From NCBI GenBank assembly GCA_951406725.2, contig OX597818.1, forward strand, positions 140,678,001 to 140,742,000: DNA of 64,000 nt, read 5' to 3'. Position 1 is the stretch's first letter. Every line of letters begins with the position of its first letter. Positions 11,721 through 25,099 of this stretch are shown here, piece by piece. Source of the DNA: Octopus vulgaris. Taxonomy: Eukaryota. A program made the position numbers and the translations under genes. The notes under the pieces are model-generated. The model was not told the DNA's origin, did not search any database, and was given only the letters and a program-made list of their open reading frames with translations.

Positions 11721-12353
11721 GACACCTCCTCCCGCGTAGAAAAAATATGAATATTTCATACACATTCATCTTTGTGTTTGCAAACGAAATAGTTATGGTA
11801 ATTTACTCCAATATGCATTATGGATCGATCTAGTCTTTCGCATTCGCAAAATGAGTTCCCCTTAATTTTTCTCAGATTGCTTTCAATTTTGGTGTATCGA
11901 TGCAAATCTGAATTTTTATTACGATCAACCAATTGCTTTATCTCATAAATCAAAGAATCTGATGTTATTTGGAATTAAAGTTAGGAAATTTGGGTAATTT
12001 TAGCCAATCAACAGTGTGGCATTAGCAGCTTGTTACCATGACAACCGTACGCTGTGTTGTAGTTCACTGTTGTCTGTGCCGCTGTTGTTTGTCTTTATTT
12101 TTCACACTTGATGCTTCACACCACGAGATTCTTTTCACCCGAGTGTTTTGTATTAATTTTTCTGTGTGTTAGTATATTACATATTTTTCTGTGCTTCTGT
12201 GTGTTAGTATTTTTACATATTTTTCTTTTCACATATTTTCGGGACTCATTGACTCAGATAGCTGGATTTATGATTTCACTAGGTTAATTCTATTCATAAA
12301 CATTTTAATTAGGAGTAGGGATACCGTGGAACAGAGAAACTGGGGATGATGGA

Positions 12354-12716
12354 TGGAAGCACTCCGTCGGTTGATCCGATCAACAGAACAGCCTGCTCGT
12401 GAAATTAACGTGCAAGTGGCTGAGCACTCCACAGACACGTGTACCCTTAACGTAGTTCTCGGGGATATTCAGCGTGACACAGAGAGTGACAAGGCCGGCC
12501 CTTTTGAAATACAGGTACAACAGAAACAGGAAGTAAGAGTGAGAGAAAGTTGTGGTGAAAGAGTACAGCAGGGATCACCACCATCCCCTGCCGGAGCCTT
12601 GTGGAGCTTTTAGGTGTTTTCGCTCAATAAACACTCACAACGCCCGGTCTGGGAATCGAAACCGCGATCGTATGACCACGAGTCCGCTGCCCTAACCACA
12701 GGGCCATTGCGCCTCC
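12354..12716 (-). mobile_element. SINE family A, full length with TSD
   Basis: tRNA-like head on the minus strand (GGCGCAATGGCCC.GTGGTTAGG...GGTTTCGATTCCC); 12-bp TSD ACTGGGGATGAT at 12339-12350 and 12718-12729. Confidence 0.92.
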
Positions 12717-12945
12717 GACTGGGGATGATACAGATAGTATGACATTATTTTTGAATTCTACGTGCAAAAACATGTAAGATACAGGTATTCTTTTCCTTGG
12801 GAGAAATTCTTCGTTGACCAGTTTTATTCTTATCGTAGTTTACAAACCCAAACATGAAAACGTTACTGAACTTTGGAAGTTTGAAAACAGACGCCCATTT
12901 TTCACACACACATGCACTTATATGTTACACAAATATATATATATA

Positions 12946-13349
12946 GGCGCAGGAGTGGCTGTGTGGTAAGTAGCTTGCTTACCAGCCACATGGTTCCGGG
13001 TTCAGTCCCACTGCGTGGCATCCTAGGTAAGTGTCTTCTGCTATAGCCCCGGGCCGACCAATGCCTTGTGAGTGGATTTGGTAGACGGAAACTGAAAGAA
13101 GCCTGTCGTATATATGTATATATATATATGTATGTGTGTGTTTGTCCCCCTAGCATTGCTTGACAACCGATGCTGATGTGTTTACGTCCCCGTTACTTAG
13201 CGGTTCGGCAAAAGAGACCGATAGAATAAGTACTGGGCTTACAAAAGAATAAGTCCCGGGGTCGATTTGCTCGACTAAAGGCGGTGCTCCAGCATGGCCG
13301 CAGTCAAATGACTGAAACAAGTAAAAGTGAGAGTAAAAGAGTAAAGAGT
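12946..13349 (+). mobile_element. SINE family B, full length
   Basis: Head GGCGCAGGAGTGGCTGTGTGGTAAG, B box GGGTTCAGTCCC, tail GGCGGTGCTCCAGCATGGCCGCAGTC...GTAAAAGAG. Confidence 0.92.
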
Positions 13350-13693
13350 ATGTACACAAATACATGATAGGTATGAATAATACTGAAATACGCATAAGGT
13401 AAACACATACAGATAAATATAATAATATAACAAATTTTTTTTAAATGATAAAAACAAATACAACCAATGCAGAGAAAAAAGAAACAGTAAGATGTTACGT
13501 GATGATCTTACAAGATATTTCTGTTCTTTTTTAGAAACCTACAATGAACAGGTTAGATGCTATACCATAAATTTTACAAGGAACAACTTTAAGTTGACAC
13601 CGCTTCGCTAAACGCAGAAAATTTCTGTCCCGCTTTTGGCTAAAGATACTTAATTTTTTCGATTTTTAAGCCACTGTAACGTTTTTCTCCAAT

Positions 13694-14376
13694 TGTTTTC
13701 TCCACAACATCATACCTTCAAAGCAATGAGACTGGAAGGCTACGTTATTATAGCCGATTATCAGATTTTTTCTACTTCTTTTTAACAAGTGCATATTTTG
13801 CGAATATAAAAAAAACTAGATCCTGCAATATATTTTCCTATGTTTTCACTTTCCTGACACAAACGAACATCACTTCTAGGTAGACTAATACTAATTTGCT
13901 ACAAGTTATGCAGACATACGTGCCAACATGTTCATATACATACATGTTTACATATATGTATATATATATATATATATATTGAGAGAGAGATACATATATA
14001 CATATATATATATATATACATACATATATATATATATATATATGTATGTATATATATATATATGCATGCATATATGTATGTATGTATCTCTCTCTCAATA
14101 TATATATATATATATATGTAAACATGTATGTATATGGACATGTTGGCACGTATGTCTGCATAACTTGTAGCAAATTAGTATTAGTCTACCTAGAAGTGAT
14201 GTTCGTTTGTGTCAGGAAAGTGAAAACATTGAACAATATATTGCAGGATCTTTTTTTTTTTTTTATTCGCAAAATATGCACTTGTTAAAAAGAAGTAGAA
14301 AAAATCTGATAATCGGCTATAATAACGTAGCCTTCCAGTCTCATTGCTTTGAAGGTATGATGTTGTGGAGAAAACA
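13694..14376. repeat. Long fold-back inverted duplication centred on (TA)n
   Basis: 13694-~14000 is the reverse complement of ~14070-14376 with a few substitutions and indels. Confidence 0.92.
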
Positions 14377-14420
14377 TATATATATATATAGATACATACA
14401 TGCATACATATATATATATA

Positions 14421-14763
14421 TATAATGAAAAGGTAAAATCAATAATAATTTTACCAGGTAGTCAGTGCGGAAATAAAATCCTCATAGGTAAATTTTACAA
14501 AATATTTTATAATTATGTACATAATTATAACAAGGCATCGGTTTTAGGTCTCATCACGTACTGCAAGAAATAAACGCTAAGGCCTCTATTGCCACCTTAA
14601 TATCTCCGAGAATAACAAGCAAAAGATAAATGAGGCGTAAAACCGATCCCTTATTATAATTATGCATATAATTATAACATTTTTTGTAAAATTTACCTTT
14701 GAGGTTTTTAATTACGCATTCACTATCTGATAAAATTATTATTGAATTTACTATTTTATTATA
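14421..14763. mobile_element. Imperfect inverted-repeat element flanked by TA, related to the array unit
   Basis: Arms 14421-14555 and 14630-14763 are diverged reverse complements; ACTGACTACCTGGTAAAATT resembles ACTGAATACTTGGTGAAATT in the 559-bp unit. Confidence 0.6.
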
Positions 14764-14997
14764 ATTAATATTTGAATAAATTTACTACATGATCAAAATT
14801 GTATTTACAGCGGTCTAGACCTTAACACACTACACTTGGGTACACAACAGGAATGTGAATTATACTTGGCAGTATATTTTGGCGACTGTAGATGGATATT
14901 GGTCATGCGATGTCGCCGATCGCATGCATATTTTGAGATACTCGTAAATTTATCTTTTGGAATACTGTACTGATGAGAGCAGTAGGTCAAATATAAG

Positions 14998-15076
14998 TGG
15001 AGGCGCAATGACCCAGTGGTTAGGGCAGCGGACTCGCGGTCATAGGATCGTGGTTTCGATTCCCAGACCGGGCGTT
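14998..15076 (+). mobile_element. SINE family A head only
   Basis: GGAGGCGCAATGACCCAGTGGTTAGGGCAGCGGACTCGCGG...CCAGACCGGGCGTT. Confidence 0.8.
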
Positions 15077-15554
15077 TGCCTCTAGGTTATTAAATTGCTA
15101 ATAAACCACCCATATTATTTGTGTGTGTGTGTGTGTATGTATACATATACAAATCTCAAAGATAAATTCTTGTTATTTTCAGATTATCTTCCATTCAAAT
15201 AGGGGTCATGTCATCGGCTGTCCGACCTTATCTCCAGCAGAGGAGTTAGTTGAAGTACAGAAAAAGAACACAAAGAGAGAGAGGGAGAAAAAGAGAGAAA
15301 GAGAGATAGAGAAACATATACACCAAGCCAATTAGAATGCCTCTACGCCTTCGCATGAATTGCATGAAAGAGCAGATAAAAGATACACCCTAATACTTGG
15401 AATAAGTTATATCATTGATATATGATGCATGAGTGAAAGATGGCATGGTCATGGCTGGATCGTATGACTGATCTATATAAACACATCTTGTGCCGATCTA
15501 CAATAGTCACAACTTAGCTCATACTGTTTTTGTTACTATATATATTAATACAGT

Positions 15555-15938
15555 TGAAGCGCAATGGCCCAGTGGTTAGGGCAGCAGACTCGCGGTCGTA
15601 GGATCGCGGTTTCGATTCCCAGACCCGGCGTTGTGAGTGTTTATTGAGCGAAAACACCTAAAAGCTCTACGATGCTCCGGCGGGGGATGGTGGTGATCGC
15701 TGCTGTACTCTTTCACCACAACTTTCTCTCACTCTTACTTCCTGTTTCTGTTGTACCTGTATTTCAAGGGGCCGGCCTTGTCACTCTCTGTGTCACACTG
15801 AATATCCCCGAGAACTACGTTAAGCGTGCACGTGTCTGTGGAGTGCTCAGCCACTTGCACGTTAATTTCACGAGCAGGCTGTTCCGTTGATTCGGCTCAA
15901 CCGGAACCCTCATCGTCGTAACCGACGGAGTGCTTCCA
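15555..15938 (+). mobile_element. SINE family A, full length with TSD
   Basis: tRNA-like head with A and B boxes; 13-bp TSD ATATATTAATACA at 15540-15552 and 15941-15953. Confidence 0.92.
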
Positions 15939-16611
15939 TCATATATTAATACATCTGTCCATAACTAATAGTACAGTTTCCATAATAGGCAACACAGAGC
16001 AAACTAGGAATCTGCATATGGCCACACAACCTCCTCGGGATATCAGAAAATATTCATAACAATATAAACTTAAACACGGTAAGAATACGTTAGATAATAA
16101 TACACATTCAAATGTGATGGTTATGACTGGAATATCTGTTTTCATTTGCGTGTGCCATTCAAAACTTACCTGGCTTTAGACAACAGCAACAGTAAGAACC
16201 AATGCTACCTCGAAATATCAGTCATTATTACGTGTATGATAAGTAAGATGACTATAATTTTTTCCGATTAAAGTGTTTCGAGGTGGAAACTTGAAGCGCC
16301 AGAAATAGCTCCAATATCTTCTTAAAGATGGATTAAAATACAGTAATGTCACGGTTGGAGTACGAATCAAATGATAAAAGGTCGATGCGCAGGAACATGT
16401 CAAATTCTCAAAAGTGATTGTTTACCATAAAACAGACATCGGGTGTCTTAAAAAAAAAGTAATATTTTCTCTTACAATACTTAATTAATTACAAGTCCCG
16501 GTGATTAAGGACAGCACCTGGCCGTGTATTATTTATCAATGTATGTCAGAGTGTGCAGTATCGCCATATTGGTAAAATGGAACAGGTGATAGTTCTATTG
16601 CAGCTAGTTGT

Positions 16612-16985
16612 TTACCTACCTACCTACCTACCTACCTACCTGCCTGGCTGCCTACTTACCTGCCTACCTACCCACCTACCTACCTACCTACCTACCTACC
16701 TACCTACCTGCCTACCTGCCTGCCTACCTACCTACCTACCTACCCACCTGCCTACCTACCTACCTGCCTACATGCTTACCTACATACCTACCTACCTACC
16801 TGCCTACTTGCCTACCTACCTGCCTACCTACCTACCTACCTACCTACCTACCTACCTACCTACCTACCTACCTACCTACCTACCTACCTGCCTGTCTACC
16901 TACCTACCTACCTACCTACTGCCTACCTGCCTACCTACCTACCTACCTACCTACCTACCTACCTACCTACCTACCTCCCTACCTA
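16612..16985. repeat. (TACC)n/(TGCC)n tetranucleotide microsatellite
   Basis: Directly visible. Confidence 0.97.
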
Positions 16986-17559
16986 AGTGCCATATGACAG
17001 CTTTGTTAAAGGTACCCTATAGCAGGTACCACAATATTCACACAATCACCACAACCACCACAACGGTCAGACAATCCAGAAACATTTCTATTTTAGCCAA
17101 AATACCACGAAGAATGTCCAGCAATCAATATTATTACTATTCCGATTATAAAAGCACCAATATCCATCCCAAAATCTTGCCAGTTATCATCACCAAATCC
17201 ACCGTCTGTAATATCCCCAACCATAATCACAGTATAACTACAATCACCTCCAGCAGTTTTAATATCATCAGTCCTATTAATACAATGACTAACACCATTT
17301 TAACCAACTTTATGACTAAAACCATCGTAACAGATATAAGTTGTTATCATGATGTACAAGCTCTCTTAATTATGCAAATTGACATCAGCTATAGTACTTC
17401 TACCACTACATCCGTTATACTACTTCTATGACTACATAACTTAATACAACCTTTCTAACACCGCATCTATTATACAACCTCTACTACCATATGAAATATA
17501 CCACGTCTACGCCAACCAGGATTATATCACTTCCGCCATTAGGTCAATTATATCATCGA

Positions 17560-17706
17560 TTTCCGAGGTCGACTTTGCCTTTCATCCTTCCGGGGTCGAT
17601 AAATTAAGTACCAGTTACGCACTGGGGTCGATGTAATCGACTTAATCCGTTTGTCTGTCCTTGTGTGTCTCCTCTGTGTTTAGCCCCTTGTGGGTAGTAA
17701 AGAAAT
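17560..17706 (+). mobile_element. SINE family C body fragment
   Basis: CCGAGGTCGACTTTGCCTTTCATCC...GGGTAGTAAAGAAATA. Confidence 0.85.
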
Positions 17707-18212
17707 ATATATCATCAATTATACCATCGTTACCATGTCAACATTTATACCACCTCTACAACTACAGAGGCAAAGCAGATAATGTATGAATATCGCTATC
17801 ATTAATAGCTCCAACAATATCACCATTGCATCTATCAACACCGCCATTGTTAATATTAATGCTAAAACAATTTCTTTCCATTACTACTGGCATCCACTTT
17901 ACCGTCACCAATGCCACCGAGCCAATCGCTTTCCTTGTCCTCCCTCCCATTAGACATGCTATTAGCAAACAATCCTATTACTATTATACAGCCACCATAA
18001 TAATTGTGGTTTTTACAAATAGTAGAAGCAGCACCAAACCAACATCACATAGCCCCAGTCATCACCACAATGCATATTACCATCACTGAAACTCCAATTC
18101 ATCATCACAATGATTAGCATCCCTCTTGCCCATATTACATCTATTTTCTTCAGCACCGTTTCCTTTACCAAATACCACTAAAAGTACGAAGTACGAACAC
18201 TTTTATACCACT

Positions 18213-18383
18213 TGCGCAGGAGTGGCTGTGTGGTAAGTAGCTTGCTAGCCAACCACATGTTTCCGGGTTCAGTCCCACTGCGTGGCATCTTGGGCAAGTG
18301 TCTTCTGCTATAGCCTCGGGCCGACCAAAGCCTTGTGAGTGGATTTGGTAGACGGAAACTGAAAGAAGCCTGTCGTATATATG

Positions 18384-18428
<45 letters not shown>

Positions 18429-18637
18429 ATATGTTTGTGTGTCTGTGTTTGTCCCCCTAGCATTGCTTGACAACCGATGCTGGTGTGTTTACGTCCCCGT
18501 CACTTAGCGGTTCGGCAAAAGAGACCGATAGAATAAGTACTAGGCTTACAAAGAATATGTCCCGGGGTCGATGTGCTCGACTAAAGGCGGTGCTCCAGCA
18601 TGGCCGCAGTCAAATGACTGATACAAGTAAAAGAGTA
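18213..18637 (+). mobile_element. SINE family B, full length
   Basis: End-to-end match to 12946-13349. Confidence 0.9.
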
Positions 18638-19438
18638 TATGCAATTGGTACCATTTCCTACTAGACCATACATTACTATATCCTGCATCCCACTATTTTC
18701 CAATAAAAAAGTATTTTATTTATAACTACATTGTTTGAGACAAAAGAAACTGACAGCATGTATTCTTATTTCGTCATAAATTTCTTGTTTTGTAGAAAGA
18801 ACTGACGCCAAACACAAATCGTTTTTGCAATCTATGTGTGAGTCTTGTAAGTATGCGATGTACTATACATGTTTGTTTATACGCATGTCTGTTTATGCAA
18901 AAAATCTGTGTTTGATTGTGTATGTATTTAATACGGTTTACATGAAGTAAAATAAAAGATGTGCGCGTTTTTTATGTATGCAAGTATGTATGTATTTATG
19001 TGTAAATGGGTGCGTGTGTATGTATGTGTGGGACTAGAAATGTTTCCGCCTGTTTTGATTGATGAGCAAAACGGTTTCTTGTTTCAATATTGTTGCATCA
19101 TTATTTTAGTCAGTTGCTCATTAGATTATTTAACTTTATGGCGTTTTTGTTTTTTATTTATATGAAAATTTACCGCAACATTTGCAGCAAATATAATATA
19201 ATTATTATCTGAAACAAATACTTGCTCGACTCTTAGTAGTCAAGAGGGCAATTGTTCATATCTCATTGCCACTAATATCTTTAGAGTTTAGGCATAGGCG
19301 AGAAAGAACAATATTTGCTTCTATTTCAGGACCTCTGATACTGGTGCGATGAAAAAAGAAGATCTGGTACGAATGCTTACAAAAGAGCAAATTCCGCGTA
19401 AGAAACACGAACTTTCAGAGGGTGGAGGTAGTCTGTTA

Positions 19439-20090
19439 GCGGCGAGCTGGCAGAAACGTTATCACGCCTTGCGAAATGCGTAGCCGTATTTCGTCTGTCG
19501 TTACGTTGTGAGTTCAAATTCTGCCGAGGTCAACTTTGCCTTTCATCTTTTCGGGGTCGATAAATTAAGTACCAGCTACGCACTTCGGAGACCCCCTTCG
19601 GTCACAACACAGACCATGGGATTGCATCTAGAAAGTTACCCTCCTAAATACAAGTCCGGGCGAGGTTGTTTATGGAAGACCAGCAGTAACCCATGCATAC
19701 CAGCCTCCCCTTCCCACGCCACCAGTGTTATCCAAGGGAAAGGCAAAGGCTAATACAACTTGGCACCAGTGACATTGGAACTCATTTCTACAGCTGAGTG
19801 AACTGGAGCAACGTGAAATAAAGTGAAATAAATGTAATCGACTTAATGCCTATGCCTGTCCTTGTTTGTCCCCTCTATGTTTAGCCCCTAGTAAGGAAAT
19901 AGGTATTAGGTCTGCCGTTACGTTCTGAGTTCAAATTCCGCCGAGGTCGACTTTGCCTTTCATCCTTTCGGGGTCGACTAAATATGTTCCAGTTACGCAC
20001 TGGGGTAGATGTAATCGACTTAATCCGTTTGTCTGTCGTTGTTTGTCCTCTCTGTGTTTAGCCCCTTGTGGGTAGTAAAGAAATAGGTAG
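19439..20090 (+). mobile_element. SINE family C with two tandem bodies, interrupted by a family D fragment
   Basis: Head at 19439, first body broken at ~19584 and resuming ~19832, second body ~19903-20088. Confidence 0.82.
19585..19826 (-). mobile_element. SINE family D, 5'-truncated, nested in a family C copy
   Basis: Reverse complement aligns with 10382-10622. Confidence 0.8.
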
Positions 20091-21675
20091 TTTGTTAGCA
20101 TTGCTCATCATGATGTAGTTGTTGGTGTTATTGTTTTTGGTGACGTTGCTACTAACGGTAATGTTTGTGGTAGGGATATTAATCTAGATGACGAGAAAAG
20201 AATCAAACCCAAAATAAGCATGACACACTTCCACGTAGCCTCCACATAGTTTCCGTCTACAAACCTTCTCTCCCGAATTATGTGGGGATCTGAGATTCTC
20301 ATAAAAGTCGTGTCTAAAAGCGTTCTGTTGAAAGATAGCCAAATATTTTAATGTGTTAAAGTGATCATGGTCTTTTTAAAGGACATCCGAAACTGATGGA
20401 AAGATGCGGAGAATACGCATGCTGCATATCCGGGTGTTTCCATCCTAGAATTCTCCACTGAAATTTTGTAGAGACTTAATAATCATGCTGAACTTCTGGT
20501 GGGGACCTGTTGAGTTTCCGTCTATCTAATTTCACCTACGACATTTCAGTTAAACTAAGAATGTAGCAGAAGACACTTTCTCAGGTTCCAAACTTTGATT
20601 TACTTTTGTTATTACTGTCAAGTTCGCTAATATTTTCTGGTTTAATGTAAGCAGAGTATCATAAAGTTGCGAGAATTAGAGTGAAGAAATATAAGAATAC
20701 AAATTTAATTATCTAGCTTACAATGCTATGGCTAATTTTTCTTAAGGAGTAGCAGAAGGTAAAGGAAGAGTTCTTCTGTTTATATATTTATCTGTATCAC
20801 AATAATAGTACAAGATTCAAAATTTTCATTATACTGACATTTTCACTCAGGTGATATTAAGATTAGCAAAGTGTATGTTTGTGTGTATTTGTGGATCATG
20901 CGGATATAGATGCTTATGTGGATGTTTGTATTTATTGTTGGAGCTTCATCCATTTGGGTGTAGCCATGTTGAATTGTTGTTTACGCAAAATTTATTTTAG
21001 TTGATCGTATCAGTCTTGGTAATTACTTAAGTTGATATTACTTATATCACTAAATTACTTTTAAAAATCAAAGTAAGGTAACTGAACAGACAATGCAAAG
21101 ATAAAGCATACAAATGAATAGCAGAAGGGTCCAACGAGCAACTAACTTCCCCACTATAGATATATCTTCACTACTACCTCCACTAACACCACCACCACGA
21201 CCATCACTTATGAGAATACAAATCATCAAGTATATTGATGCTTTTATCAGCAACACACCACCAAGCTATAAAACAATCATTCTTCTCCTTCCTTCTTCTC
21301 TCTCTATTTCTCTGTCTTTCCGTTTCTCTATTTCAATCTCTCTCTTTCCCCGTTCCTTCTCTCTCCCTCTTTCCGTGGATTATACCCTTGATATACTTAG
21401 CCTTCTCATGCTGATTTTCCTGAAAGTTACGTTACGTTTATACATGTCTGCAGAATATTCAGCCGCTTACATGCAAATGTCATAGGTGGCAATTCACAGT
21501 TAGTCGAACAATCTAGTACTCATTGTCGAGACTGATAGAAAACGTACCAGAAATGTTGTTTATGTAGGTGAAATGAGCGAACAACATGGCGTGAAATTTA
21601 TCCTTGAAAAATACTTAGAAATGAAAGTAATGAAAGATGAAACAGTTTCAAGACATGAATGGTCGTTGCGGTAAA

Positions 21676-21845
21676 TGTTACGTTGTGAGTTCAAATTCCG
21701 CCGAGGTCGACTTTGCCTTTCATCCTTTCGGGATCGATAAATTTAGTACCAGTTACGAACTGAGGTCGATTTAATCGACTTAATACCTATGTCTATCCTT
21801 GTTTGTTCCCTCTGTGTTTAGCCCCCTGTGGGTAATAAAGAAATA
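21676..21845 (+). mobile_element. SINE family C body
   Basis: GTTACGTTGTGAGTTCAAATTCCGCCGAGGTCGAC...GGGTAATAAAGAAATA. Confidence 0.85.
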
Positions 21846-23347
21846 TGTAAATAAGTTTGTCTCATCTGTCACATAACATGTTTGAAAGGGGAACCAGATC
21901 TCCCTAAAATTACACCCTGCTGTATTTAAGGCATGTCAGGACAGTTGATAAATTTAGTTCTATAGATTCTATGACAGAGAAAAGTGGCGGAAATTTTGCA
22001 GCTTCCACAACTTTGATCGCAGATATGCTCAATCAGAAGTGGCCAGGAGTTAAATAACACAAACCGCAACGATAATCACAGAAACCTTAATTGGGGAGAG
22101 AAGGAGTTTTTAAGACTTGAAATCCGTATCAGTTTCGATCTTGCAGCTTCCTTTATTTAAAGACACCTTTCTATTAATCATCTACAGAGTAAACCGATAG
22201 ATCGATCAGTTTTATGATGTGCAAGACAAAGGAAACTTTCCAGAAACAGACTTGAACACGAATTTATTTTAGTACCTAAAATAAGAGAAACAAATATATC
22301 TGCTACTTTATTTTCAAGCTTGTAATATATTGCCGAACAAACAATTAAGGTTATCTGCATATATAACCCAAAATAATACGCAAATATTTTCTAGATATGA
22401 ACCAAAAGCATTTCAGTGAAGATTCTATGACATTTAAAATAGACATATTGCACAGGACAGCTAAGAAAAGAGCTGAGGTTAAATTAAGTTTAAACGCGAC
22501 AATCAATCATTCAGTTAAGTGGAAAAGATCGATACATAATGGACGTTCATACGAACCAATTTTGGAAAGTTGGGAATTATTTTTGGAGAAATAAGCCATT
22601 TACGAATTATGCTAGATATATTTATACAGATGTGACATAAACGTGTGTGTGCGTATTTATGAATGTGCGTATGTATAAGTGTCCATGTTCGTGCGTACGG
22701 GCATGTGTGTCTTACTAATGTCTTTATGAGCTCATGTACAGTAAAGCATAGAAAATGTAATGAAGAACTCAATAACTGGTGTAAAGTAAATATTACTGAA
22801 TATGTTGGTTGTAACAGATTACAGTATTATATTATTCGGAGCTTCGCCTCCCTCTTTACTTTTGGATGTACTTCAGGCTGTGTTGGCCGATATAAAAGAC
22901 AATCTCCGACAGAGTAAGAAAAAGTACAAAGATTTTTTTTTAAATCTTCATCATTCATGCGGCATGGTGAGATGTTGGCTTCCTGTTGTCGACTGTTAGA
23001 AACTACGAATGAAATTATCTTTCAATTATCTCAGTTGCCGAATCAACACCATGTAACACACATACTAAATCCTGTAAGCTTCGCATAAAGGAATCTAGTA
23101 GCATCGAACCCGAGTACTCATTCTATTGGTCTCTTTTGTGAAGCTGCTAATTTATGGGGATGTAAATATACCAGCATTCGTTAGCAAGCAATGTATAAAA
23201 ACTTAGATATGTTTCGACCAAAGATTGGTCCAGGCCATGTCTAACTTAATAGCACCACCTGATAGGATTATCTAAATCCTTTTTAAGTCAAGTTTTGTTT
23301 ATGGTCCATTCAAGTAGTGAGTTTTCTTGTGTGAGCTGTATCCCCAA

Positions 23348-23490
23348 AACTTAGCGGTTCGGCAAAACTAACCGATAGAATAAATACTAGGCCTTAAAAA
23401 GATTAAGAACAGAGGTCGATTTGCTCGACTAAAGGCGGTGCTCCATCATGGCCGCAGTCAAATGACTGAAACAAGTAAAAGAATAAAATA
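23348..23490 (+). mobile_element. SINE family B 3' fragment
   Basis: ACTTAGCGGTTCGGCAAAA...GACTGAAACAAGTAAAAGAATAAAA. Confidence 0.8.
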
Positions 23491-23689
23491 TGTATATATA
23501 TATATATATATATATAACCATACATATGTATATATATTTATGCTTGTATGTATGTATTTATGTCTAAATATGTATAGATGCATAGGTGCATACACATATA
23601 TATGTATCTGTATGTGCCTATATATATATATATATATATGAGCATATATGTGTATGCATATATAACTGTGTGTGTATGAATATACACAC

Positions 23690-23740
<51 letters not shown>

Positions 23741-24245
23741 CTCATTTGAAACGCATATATGCGCATATTATATTAAATTTTCATTTTTAAAATTTCATTT
23801 GATGCTTTTATGTCCGTTGAATGGTAGATAATTATAGCTTGTACTCTCTCATATAAAGTCAATGAGCCGATCGTGTATAATGTAGTCGCTACATAAAAGA
23901 AAACTAGTTAACCAAAATGTGTGATGACAATTCTTCAAAGCTATCATAATATAAGCATATTTCCCTTGTGCCGATTACAATGTACTTTCGCGACAGCCTC
24001 TAATGTTATTATGTTGTGCCCATCAGAGCGTACAGTACACGCAAACTCACAATTATATAGACATAGAGCCATTCACTATTGACCGTTTAAAGACGCAATG
24101 ACCAAAATAAACATACTCAAATGGAGTACACATCAATATCTATATGCATAAATATAAATCACACACCATAGGAATATACAGACGGACACGTATGCACACA
24201 GATGTATTTATATGCGTGTATTTGTGTCGATACACACACACACAA

Positions 24246-24303
<58 letters not shown>

Positions 24304-24494
24304 TATTAGGCAAATTATACACAAAACCACTATTAGGCAAATCATACAATGAAAAACTTAAGCCAATACATAAGATTATTTAATTTATATTATTTAAATA
24401 TATAACAAAATTATTTTAAAAATATAATTAATATAACACTATGATCGTTTCATGGCTGTTAATTTCTTTAAATTTTCGAGTTACATATATATAT

Positions 24495-24650
24495 GTCGTC
24501 CCCGTCATTTAGCGGTTCGGCAGAAGAGAACGATAGAATAAGTACTGGGCTTACACAGAATAAGTCCCGGGGTCGAGTTGCTCGACTAAAGGCGGTGCTC
24601 CAGCATGGCCGCAATCAACTGACTCAAACAATTAAAAGAGTAAAAGAGTA
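24495..24650 (+). mobile_element. SINE family B 3' half
   Basis: GTCCCCGTCATTTAGCGGTTCGGC...AAAAGAGTAAAAGAGT. Confidence 0.82.
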
Positions 24651-25099
24651 TATAAACGCACATATACACATACGTGCAGGCACATATATTATATCTACAT
24701 GTGTGTGTGTTTGTGTGTGTCTCGTTTGTGTGTGTGTGTGTAAAACGTAGGATTACAATTCCAGCTTACATCTTTCCTTTACTCAGATCTGTATATCCTT
24801 ATTGACATTGTTTTTAGACGGGGATATATTAGAGAAATGATTCGCATTCATACTCAATATGAGACTTGATATAAAAAGCAGTGTTTTTCCATGTCTTTGT
24901 TGTATATTTGAAGAACAATAACCAAACTATATCTGATATAATATCTTCATACCTTACCGCTTTTAATTTTCTTCTAAAAGCGAAGACATTCATCAAATTG
25001 ATTGGACGTGTTCTTGAGTGCATTTAGATTGAATTATTTGGCAAAATTTCGTTTTTGTACCTTATATAAGTATTCTTCACTTTCTTTATAGCGTTTCAC

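Noticed and set aside
15555-15630. tRNA genes at SINE heads (also 10282, 12640, 14998)
   Set aside because: They continue into SINE bodies, two with clear TSDs; tRNA-derived heads rather than functional tRNAs
16553-17431. 292-aa ORF as a mucin-like or repeat protein
   Set aside because: Open only because of the (TACC)n tract and ACC/ATC-rich low-complexity DNA; no splice or domain evidence
23200-23250. Hammerhead candidate GACCAA-tct-TTGGTC-GAAA on the minus strand
   Set aside because: No CUGANGA core; just a branched hairpin
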